43,501 nt of DNA from Clostridia bacterium (GTDB taxonomy: Bacteria; Bacillota; Clostridia; Oscillospirales; CAG-272): NCBI GenBank assembly GCA_017450885.1, contig JAFSSR010000011.1, positions 1 through 43,501 on the forward strand, read 5' to 3'. The position numbers were made by a program, and so were the translations under genes. The notes under the pieces were generated by a model, which ran no database searches, had not been told where the DNA came from, and worked only from the letters and a program-made list of their open reading frames with translations. Of the stretch, positions 36,457 through 43,501 are shown piece by piece (positions within the stretch are counted from its first letter, which is position 1; each line of letters starts with the position of its first letter).

Positions 36457-37431
36457 TTACTCTGCCTTAGGGGCGTCTTCGCCGTTTTCGGTGGGAGCTT
36501 CTGCGGGCTCCTCGTTCTTCTGTGCGGCAAGCTCCGCCATTATCTTGGCGCGAAGTTCAGCTTCCATCTTTTCACGCTCTGCGGCAGCTTTTGCGGCTTC
36601 CTCCGCGGCGATCTCCTCGGCGGACTTTTCCGCGGGAGCGTTGCTTTCAAGCAACTCCTTCTTCAGGCGTTCGCGCAGTTCGGATTCCAGCTTTTCGCGT
36701 TCCGCCTTTTTGGTCTCCTCGAACTTCTGCTTCTCCTCGTCAAGCATATCCTCTGCGGTGCCGCGCTCCTGCTCGTAGCGGAGACGGTTCTTGACGTTCT
36801 GGTACTCGAAGAGCACGCGGAAGAACTGAACGAGGTGGAAGAGGAAGAATATTGCTACCGGGATAACGACTACAACAAGGAATCCGGTAGAGGTCTGCAG
36901 GAAATCGAACACCTTGCCGGCGCCCTTGATCCTGGTTCCGCCTACGTCCTTGTCGCCTTCTTTGGTAGAGTAAAGACCGACGACCTCTGACTCGTGAACG
37001 GTCAGCGGGTCCTCGTTGGTGTTGTTATCACCCTTTGTGGCAAAGATGAGATAGTTTCCGCCGTCGTAGATCTGGAAAATTCTGTGCGTATTAAGAACAC
37101 GCTCGCCGTCGATGACGGTCCAGTAGGTGATGATATCGCCGACCTTGAGAGTCTTGGTGTCCTTAACGGCCTTATCTATAATGAGGTCGCCGGGTTCAAG
37201 GGTCGGATACATTGATTCGGTCTGGATACTGAGTATCGAGCGTCCGAAGATGCTGGGTACTCCGTTGCCTGACGTGCTGACGAAAGAGACGTAGGTTGCG
37301 ACCGCAGCGATGATTATCGCGATGACAAGAATCACGTTGATAATAATGTTGGCGATCTTTTTGCCCTTCTTGACCTCTTTTTCGGGTGCGTTGTCTTCAG
37401 GAACGTTTGTCTGGTCGTATTTCTTTTTCAT
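36457..37431 (-). CDS. sipW: Signal peptidase I, SipW/ER-type (copy 1) with long charged cytoplasmic tail
   Basis: TM, IQTESMYPTL (Ser), NTHRI (His), TKGDNN..EDP, second TM, ~115-aa E/K/A-rich tail. Start MKKKY at 37431 (AGGAG RBS). Confidence 0.9.
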   Translation of the reverse strand: MKKKYDQTNVPEDNAPEKEVKKGKKIANIIINVILVIAIIIAAVATYVSFVSTSGNGVPSIFGRSILSIQTESMYPTLEPGDLIIDKAVKDTKTLKVGDIITYWTVIDGERVLNTHRIFQIYDGGNYLIFATKGDNNTNEDPLTVHESEVVGLYSTKEGDKDVGGTRIKGAGKVFDFLQTSTGFLVVVVIPVAIFFLFHLVQFFRVLFEYQNVKNRLRYEQERGTAEDMLDEEKQKFEETKKAEREKLESELRERLKKELLESNAPAEKSAEEIAAEEAAKAAAEREKMEAELRAKIMAELAAQKNEEPAEAPTENGEDAPKAE

Positions 37432-37500
37432 GAAATATCTCCTTCCTATGATTAACAAACCTAAAAGATATTTATAAATTACGGAATGATCCGTTTATTT

Positions 37501-38493
37501 TCAGGGTATGTCGTCCATACCGGACTGACCGGAGTAGTCGACGTGGAACTGTATGCTTGCCAGGATCTCAGCCTTGTCGATGCGCGAAATGCAGTCGACG
37601 TCCTGACCTTCGAGCCAGATATAAAGCTCTATCTTGACCTTTCCTCCCGATTCGAGCGGGAAGAGCTCCTTGTTGGAAACGAATCTGCCCAGGTCCTTGA
37701 TCGTCACCCCGCGCTGAACGGGATCGGCCTCGGTCCAGGTGGACCTCTCCTGCAGGATCAGGTGATCCGCGTTGATAAGCGTCTCGGAACCGTCGATGCT
37801 GGGGGTAGGCGTGTATCCGGCCTCACCGCTTTCATGCCCGTTACAGTTGGGCTCATAGATAAAGAACTCGGGGATGCCTCTCGGCTGACCGGACTCCGCG
37901 TCGACCGGGGTGATGCGGAAACCGAGACGTATGGCGGTCTCCGCTCCGGCGCCTCCGTCGGAGTGGATTATCCTTTGCGGATCCCAGACCGGAGTGCCTA
38001 TGACGTAGGTCCCGGCGCCGTTCTCGCCCTCGTTGACCTCGACTGCCTCGGCGAGCGAGACCTTGCAGGGAGAAAAACTCCTTGCGTAGAAGGTCCCCAC
38101 GACGTAGTACCCGTCACCGTCCTGACGATTGGCGTTGCGCTCGTCGGTCAGCTCGATCCAGTTGCCGGTCGAGCGGCCGTCAAAGCCGTACTGGATGGTG
38201 ACAAGGCTCTGTCTGGCGTTCGACCATGTGGCAGGCTTCAGCGGATAATCCTCGCTTACCATATCAAGGAAGTCGAGCCTCTGTCCCCACTCCTCGTCCG
38301 GAGCGTCGTATGCCAGCGCAAGCTCCAGTCCGGAGTCGGCGTTGACGTAGAGCGCCATATCGTTGACGTGCGGCGTCTGCGACAACGCGAACCACGTATA
38401 GGTTGCGGCTACCAGCAAAACCGACAGGGCGATAAGGATCCACAAATATATAAAAGTTCTCTTTTTCCGGTTTCTTTCGGCGTCTTTTTTCAA
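37501..38493 (-). CDS. SipW-type secreted fibre-subunit paralog
   Basis: TTG start at 38493 with GAGG RBS; ...LVAATYT|WFALSQTPHV, GLELAL, LKPATW, YGFDGR, AIRLGF, FFIYEPN, IWLEGQDVDC. Confidence 0.85.
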   Translation of the reverse strand: MKKDAERNRKKRTFIYLWILIALSVLLVAATYTWFALSQTPHVNDMALYVNADSGLELALAYDAPDEEWGQRLDFLDMVSEDYPLKPATWSNARQSLVTIQYGFDGRSTGNWIELTDERNANRQDGDGYYVVGTFYARSFSPCKVSLAEAVEVNEGENGAGTYVIGTPVWDPQRIIHSDGGAGAETAIRLGFRITPVDAESGQPRGIPEFFIYEPNCNGHESGEAGYTPTPSIDGSETLINADHLILQERSTWTEADPVQRGVTIKDLGRFVSNKELFPLESGGKVKIELYIWLEGQDVDCISRIDKAEILASIQFHVDYSGQSGMDDIP

Positions 38494-38555
38494 AATTGAT
38501 TTCCTCACAAAAATGCGCGCGGGTGTCTTTTCCGAAGAGGTCCGTGTTGCAGGAC

Positions 38556-38700
38556 TCAGCTGCGTACGCAAGCGCGAGGGGTCGCGGTTGTGTACGCGGA
38601 TCGGTCCTGCGGACCGACCACAAACGCCGCTTCGGCTATCCCCCATCCGAAGCGACGTTGCGTCGGCTGTCCCACACTCCCCGGGGGAGGGGAGTGTGGC
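38556..38700 (-). other. Highly structured intergenic region (consecutive stem-loops)
   Basis: Minus strand CCACACTCCC/GGGAGTGTGG; CCGAC..CGTCGCTTCGG/CCGAAGCGGCG..GTCGG; a third hairpin GCAGGAC..GCGTAC/GTACGC..GTCCTGC extends to about 38548. Confidence 0.6.
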
Positions 38701-38742
38701 TTTGCCGTTTAACCTAAAGGCTAAAGAATAATTTTTGATTAA

Positions 38743-41214
38743 TTAGCTGAGAAGATCTGCAAGTGTTCCGCCAGCATTCACGAAAGCGCCGGCAAGCGCT
38801 GTGAGCTCAGTCTTGTAGTTTTTATCAGCAACTTCAGTTACCTCATTTGCAGTATTAACTGCGCTAATAAGGTTAGTCTGAGCCTCGGTCTTGTTTTCAG
38901 CTGCAACTGCAGTTGTATAAGTGCTGCTGCTTGTAACCTTACCGAGAGCAGTTGTGAACTGTGCGAAGGTCACATTGTCCGGAATAGTGGGAGTGTTCTG
39001 GTTCTGGTTACCAGACTCGCTTACTTCTCTCATACTTCTGACGTCCATAGGCTTAAGTTCGGCACTGCTCTTGAACTGGATATTGAGCTTACCGGACATT
39101 GAAGTCTTAGCGTTAGCGACCATAGTATTGTCAACATAATCGCCATCAAGGTAAACAAGAGCGGATACCTTCTTTGCCTTGTTCTGCTGAAGGGCGCAGA
39201 GAGTGTTGTCGGCAACTGTCTGATCGTTTTCGTCGGTAGTAGTCTTCTTGGTAGTGAGAGTTACCGAGTACTCTTTGTTTGCAACGATCTCAGTAACAGT
39301 AGAATTGAACAGAACGAGCTTAGCCTTGACGGTATCTTCGCCTATCACGGAAACAGTATCGCCGGCAGTAACGGTGCGTGCTCCGGAAACATCGTCAGTT
39401 CCGACCTTAATGTCAGGAGCTGCAACGCCGAGCACCTCGTATCCGGAATTGTCATTATTAGGCGAGACAAATACAACTCGAACGGCGCTCATCAAAGCCT
39501 TAACGTCTTCAAGGCTGAAGAGATCGACATCGGCAGTCGAGAACTGCAGATAGCTTCCGCCGCCCTGAGTGCTTTCATTATCGAAATTCTCTTCATCGTA
39601 AACACGCTGTGAACCGTCGACGTCAAGCAGCAGGTTGGAACCGGCAGCATTGGTGCGAACACCGAAGTCGATGATATATCCGTAAGGATCGTCCACCGTA
39701 AGGGTACCGCCGGAAACAGGGTCGCCCGCGGCGCCTTCTCTGGAAGCGCTGGTAACGTAAGCTACAGTAGGACCGTCTTCGCCGACCTTTGTTACTTCGT
39801 GAGTTTCCTCGTCTTCTACGGTCGGAGCAACGTACCCGATGACCTTGGTGACCATCGTTGCAGGCAGATCTTCGACAGCAATGCCGTTGAACTCAGCCGT
39901 AAGAGTCAAGCCGGACGCGGTGTAATCTCCGACGAGGGCAGCGATATCGGCATATATACCGGAGCCGGGATTCATCTCAACAACGATCTGATTCTGTGCA
40001 ATGAGGTTAGAAGCAACAGTTCCTACGTCAGCGGTGCCAGGATTTCTGACTCCGTTGACAGTCAGATATTCCTTATCAAGAAGATCTCCGACGCCGGATG
40101 TTTCGGCTTGACTATACGTACTGCCGACGGTCAAGCTACCTATTCCATCCTGAGCGTTTGAGAACGCGGTCTTGAGGGCGTTATACTCTTCAATAGCTTT
40201 GTGGATCGCGGGAGTCGCTGTTGCGTCGATAGTTACGCCGAGTTCGCCAGAAAGACTGTTATCGGTGATCGTAGTCAGACCATCGACATTTTCGATCAAA
40301 GTCCGAACATCGGTATCAGTAAGCTCCGCGCTATTGGCGCTGCTCAACGCATAGGCGAGAGCGACCGACTTTATCGCGTTGCCGATAGAGTTGATCGATT
40401 TACCGAGATTAGTGATAACAGCATTCAGTGCGTTGACATCTTCTTGAGTTAACGCATAATTCGGATCCTGTACGGAAGCAAGGACCATGTTGGCCAGCTG
40501 TTGACCGTTGTCAACCAGCGATTTCTGCGCATAAGTCTTTGCGGAGTTAATATAGGTTATAACCCCGGCAGTCGCCGATCTGTAACTGGAAACACGGAAA
40601 GTAACTCCGGACGAAACGCCGACTACACGGACGCCGCCAAAATACTCGTTATCGCCAATAGCTTTGAAAGCGCTACCGTCATACTTACCGACTGTGGTAG
40701 CCTTCTGGACGTTGATGACACGTCCGTCGGAACCATAGTTGGGAGCAAGAAGCAGGGTGTTCAGTCCACCCGTGATTCCGACGTCAGAATTCTCATTGCC
40801 GGAAGCAAGGGTACCCGCACCGGAAAGATTCATAGCGGCAGGGTTGAGGATCATATTCTTGAGTCCGTATGAAAGATCGCTGAGGTCTACAAGGTTACCC
40901 CATGTCTCATTGGACTCTTTAACGTCCTTTCCCTCTTTGGCCATAGAATCGCCGATATCGGATAAAATACCAAGGTTGTCGGTAGTATCCATAAAGGACC
41001 TATTATTGAGCAGCGCTATTTCAAGGTTGCCGTTAGCACCAATATTGGTGGTGATACCGGTGACCTCGGGAGCGGTCGACAGCGTGAACCACGCGTAAGT
41101 CGAGCCGACCATCATGATCGCTGCGATCAGAAGCATGCACAGTGCGGCGGCAAACTTTTTACGGATGTCTTTAGGCATCTGAATTTTGCGCCGGCTGTTT
41201 GCGGTGTTTGTCAT
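38743..41214 (-). CDS. SipW-type secreted protein, 823 aa (candidate major fibre subunit)
   Basis: ...MMVGSTYA|WFTLSTAPEV, NGNLEIAL, TWGNLVDLSD, YGSDGR, DFGVRTN, AVRVVF, VYLDG, LNIQF; AAAGGAG RBS. Confidence 0.88.
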   Translation of the reverse strand: MTNTANSRRKIQMPKDIRKKFAAALCMLLIAAIMMVGSTYAWFTLSTAPEVTGITTNIGANGNLEIALLNNRSFMDTTDNLGILSDIGDSMAKEGKDVKESNETWGNLVDLSDLSYGLKNMILNPAAMNLSGAGTLASGNENSDVGITGGLNTLLLAPNYGSDGRVINVQKATTVGKYDGSAFKAIGDNEYFGGVRVVGVSSGVTFRVSSYRSATAGVITYINSAKTYAQKSLVDNGQQLANMVLASVQDPNYALTQEDVNALNAVITNLGKSINSIGNAIKSVALAYALSSANSAELTDTDVRTLIENVDGLTTITDNSLSGELGVTIDATATPAIHKAIEEYNALKTAFSNAQDGIGSLTVGSTYSQAETSGVGDLLDKEYLTVNGVRNPGTADVGTVASNLIAQNQIVVEMNPGSGIYADIAALVGDYTASGLTLTAEFNGIAVEDLPATMVTKVIGYVAPTVEDEETHEVTKVGEDGPTVAYVTSASREGAAGDPVSGGTLTVDDPYGYIIDFGVRTNAAGSNLLLDVDGSQRVYDEENFDNESTQGGGSYLQFSTADVDLFSLEDVKALMSAVRVVFVSPNNDNSGYEVLGVAAPDIKVGTDDVSGARTVTAGDTVSVIGEDTVKAKLVLFNSTVTEIVANKEYSVTLTTKKTTTDENDQTVADNTLCALQQNKAKKVSALVYLDGDYVDNTMVANAKTSMSGKLNIQFKSSAELKPMDVRSMREVSESGNQNQNTPTIPDNVTFAQFTTALGKVTSSSTYTTAVAAENKTEAQTNLISAVNTANEVTEVADKNYKTELTALAGAFVNAGGTLADLLS

Positions 41215-41299
41215 TTTGTGTTCTCCTTTCGGAATAAGTTAGATACGTGTTTTTGCTCCCGCCGGAGCGTTCGGTTGTTGGTCAAATTCATACCGCGCA

Positions 41300-42871
41300 T
41301 TACGGATTGACACTATCGTGTGCAGCAGTGACCGCTTCATTAAGCTGAGCGATCAAAGCACCGAGCTGCTCGGAAGAATACTCGTCATACCCGTTTGCAG
41401 AAAGCCCGTCTCTGATCGTTTCATAAAGAGTAATAAGGGCTGTCTGCTCCTGCGTAGGAGTTTCGGCTGCTGTTGCGGTGTTGTATTCCGATTCCGCATC
41501 ACCGTAGGCTGTTGCGAGTTCACTTACCGTATAGGTATGAGGAGTCGGAGTCGGCTCAGGCGTGTTGTTCTCAGTCACAGCGGCTGGAGGATTTTCCTTC
41601 AGATCGGTATTCTGAGCCGGAACGAGGGTGATGTCAGTAGCGAACTGGAGGTTAAAGACCGCTTTGTCAAGCACGTCGTTGGAAACCGCCATGTTTGCGT
41701 TGGTGACCGCCTCGCCGTCAAGCCAAACGATCGCACTGATCTGATAGGAGGTGTTCTTCGCCATCGAGTCGAGGATGACCGTGGAATTGGTAGGATTGCC
41801 GGAATAGTCACAGAGATAAAGATCACCTGTACTAAGGTTGGCACGCGCGTATGAAAGAACTCTCGCATTTCCAACGTTCTGGGCATTGCCGAGATTCTGA
41901 ACAAACGCGACCCTGATCGCTTTCAGGTACTGAGAAGCAACGTTCTGGTCATCGCCTTCAACGTTTTCACCCTGGTCGTTCTTGAACCAAAGATTGCTGC
42001 CGTTTCCACGTGTGATATCCGAGCTGCTGTCGGTATAAACACGCTGCGCATCCTCTACCTGAAGAAGAAGCTTTCCGTTGGATACGGTATCTTCCGACTT
42101 GTTCACCGCATTGAGACGGAGCGCCAGGTCGATCACATAACCGTAGGTCTCGCCATCTTCATCCACTATCACACGTACGCCGTATCCGGTTCCGGTGTAT
42201 TCGCCGCTTTCGGAATTATAGGACTTAAGATCGGTGTTAATGAGATCGACAATTCGTCCGTCGAAGCCAAATTCGGGAACCGAGAAGATGTGTTCCCCAA
42301 GGGCTCCGGTGGGAACCTGAGTAATTACCTTCTTTGCATCATCAATAGTATAGAATTCTTCGCTATTGGCTTTTTGAATGTAATTACCTTCGTTGTCCTG
42401 AATGGGGTCGCCATCTGCGTTTACGTAAGAGGTATAGGCTGAAGCGCCTTCTCCCACTGTAACTGTAACGAACGCTTCGTTATTTGCCATGACGGCATTC
42501 AGTTTTGCGGGTTTAAGCCAAACGTCTTCAAGTCCGTATGCCGCATCATTGAGGTTTACGATGTTTCCCCACGTGATGTTAGCATCAGCAGGCAACTTGG
42601 TCCCTCCTGCGTACGTACCCGAATCGCCACGTCCGGATTCAATATCACTAAACAATCCGGTTGAGGGCATAAGGGCAATCTCAAGACTTCCGTTGCCTAC
42701 CACCGACGTATCAATACCGCGTACTTCGGGCGCCGTGGAGAGTGTGAACCACGCGTAAGTCGAAGTGACCAGCATGACAGTGGAGATCAGCAACATGACG
42801 AGTGCCGCGGAAAGACGACGCTTAATGGAAACGGTGCTCTTTTCTTTCCGCTTTGTTGTGGAATTTGCCAT
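41300..42871 (-). CDS. SipW-type secreted protein, 523 aa (fibre-subunit paralog)
   Basis: ...MLVTSTYA|WFTLSTAPEV, NGSLEIAL, TWGNIVNLND, FGFDGR, DLALRLN, AIRVAF, VWLDG, FNLQF. Confidence 0.88.
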   Translation of the reverse strand: MANSTTKRKEKSTVSIKRRLSAALVMLLISTVMLVTSTYAWFTLSTAPEVRGIDTSVVGNGSLEIALMPSTGLFSDIESGRGDSGTYAGGTKLPADANITWGNIVNLNDAAYGLEDVWLKPAKLNAVMANNEAFVTVTVGEGASAYTSYVNADGDPIQDNEGNYIQKANSEEFYTIDDAKKVITQVPTGALGEHIFSVPEFGFDGRIVDLINTDLKSYNSESGEYTGTGYGVRVIVDEDGETYGYVIDLALRLNAVNKSEDTVSNGKLLLQVEDAQRVYTDSSSDITRGNGSNLWFKNDQGENVEGDDQNVASQYLKAIRVAFVQNLGNAQNVGNARVLSYARANLSTGDLYLCDYSGNPTNSTVILDSMAKNTSYQISAIVWLDGEAVTNANMAVSNDVLDKAVFNLQFATDITLVPAQNTDLKENPPAAVTENNTPEPTPTPHTYTVSELATAYGDAESEYNTATAAETPTQEQTALITLYETIRDGLSANGYDEYSSEQLGALIAQLNEAVTAAHDSVNP

Positions 42872-42997
42872 TTTGTTTCTCCTTTCGGAATTGATTTTCT
42901 GCGTGTTTTTCCCCCGCCGGGGTATATATTAGTCGCTTTGGGGGAAGCGAGTAATATCCTTTTTCCGGTCCCGCTCTCGCGGGTGAAGCGATGGTCG

Positions 42998-43501
42998 TCA
43001 TCCTGTCGTCTGAGCCTCGCTTCTCTTAAGACGGAATGTCATCATAGTGCCCAGGTGTCCGCCTATCTTGGAGTTGTCGGTGTCGACGTCGTCTCCTTCA
43101 AGCCAGAGCACCACGGTGTACTTATGCACCTCCTTCTGTTTGACCTGCGTCTGTCCGCCCTGCGCTATCAGCGTGGGCGAGATGAACTTGTCAGGTACTA
43201 TGCGGTAGTAGGTCACGCCGTTTGCCGAACGGACGACCTCAAACTGGTCGCTGTCGGGGGCAAGCTGCATGATCGGCAGATCTATGTATCCACGGGTGTC
43301 GTCGTCCTTGGGGGGCAGCGCCTCCGCCTCGCCCGTAGTTGAGTTGGCGTGAGCGTAGAAGCGCATCTTGCCGTCCTCAAAAAGCATCACCCAGGCGGCT
43401 GTCGAAAGGTTAAGGCTTTCGGAAGTGAGCTCAAGATCCCACTCGTAGTCGACTATGCTTTCGCCCTCGTTGCGGATGTAGTAGGTGTAAGCGAAGTACT
43501 C
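42998..43501 (-). CDS. Fibre-subunit-like paralog, C-terminal part (5'-truncated by window)
   Basis: Frame open to the window edge (EYFAYTYYIRNEGES...AAWVMLFEDG...); YTVVLWLEGDDVDT matches the WLEGxDxD motif of the cluster proteins. Confidence 0.8.
   Translation of the reverse strand, partial: EYFAYTYYIRNEGESIVDYEWDLELTSESLNLSTAAWVMLFEDGKMRFYAHANSTTGEAEALPPKDDDTRGYIDLPIMQLAPDSDQFEVVRSANGVTYYRIVPDKFISPTLIAQGGQTQVKQKEVHKYTVVLWLEGDDVDTDNSKIGGHLGTMMTFRLKRSEAQTTG

Noticed and set aside
37486-38499. 337-aa plus-strand ORF
   Set aside because: Antisense shadow of the subunit paralog at 37501-38493.
38494-38646. 51-aa N-terminal extension of the 37501 ORF given by the track
   Set aside because: It runs through the hairpin region; TTG at 38493 has an RBS and gives a normal signal peptide like the paralogs.
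38640-38712. c-di-GMP-I riboswitch (GGCAAA...GACGCAA words on the minus strand)
   Set aside because: Lacks the GNRA tetraloop/receptor arrangement and correct spacing; kept only as generic structured RNA pending an Rfam scan.
20820-43501. Sortase-dependent or type IV pilus locus
   Set aside because: No sortase, LPxTG-TM tails, class III G|FxxxE prepilin signals, PilB/PilC or prepilin peptidase in the window; the signals and peptidases are SipW-type.
1-43501. CRISPR array, diversity-generating retroelement, invertible shufflon or IS element
   Set aside because: No regularly spaced repeats, reverse transcriptase, recombinase or transposase recognised; the tandem repeats seen are short coding repeats.

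Overview
This is GC-rich bacterial DNA with Firmicutes/Clostridia-like gene content (taxonomy is inferred). The left 17.7 kb is mostly housekeeping. It holds the 3' end of a type III glutamine synthetase, a small AT-rich zinc-ribbon/PspC + XRE regulator islet, an M3 oligoendopeptidase, smpB-ssrA (tmRNA), a Na/Pi cotransporter, DUF523, YgjV, an alpha/beta hydrolase, a VanX-type dipeptidase, a ZIP transporter and a GGDEF protein. It also holds a HEAT/ASRT/NagB/radical SAM/tandem-NUDIX run and mntP-thiN-HAD. The right 25.5 kb (17984-43501, continuing past the edge) is one tightly packed minus-strand cluster of 15 genes. Eight complete secreted proteins have SipW-type signal peptides (six T/S-x-A/T|W-F/V/Y/I, two A|R), and a ninth partial paralog lies at the edge. 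The cluster also encodes two SipW-type signal peptidases with cytoplasmic charged tails, a membrane-anchored McrB-like AAA+ NTPase, a DUF2357 (McrC-like) partner whose nuclease appears replaced by a long charged helix, a divergent Lgt-like protein and a BspA-type LRR surface protein. The best hypothesis is a sortase-independent, SipW-processed (TasA-like) fibre/pilus system coupled to a repurposed McrBC-like motor. All family calls come from motifs recognised by eye; no searches were run.
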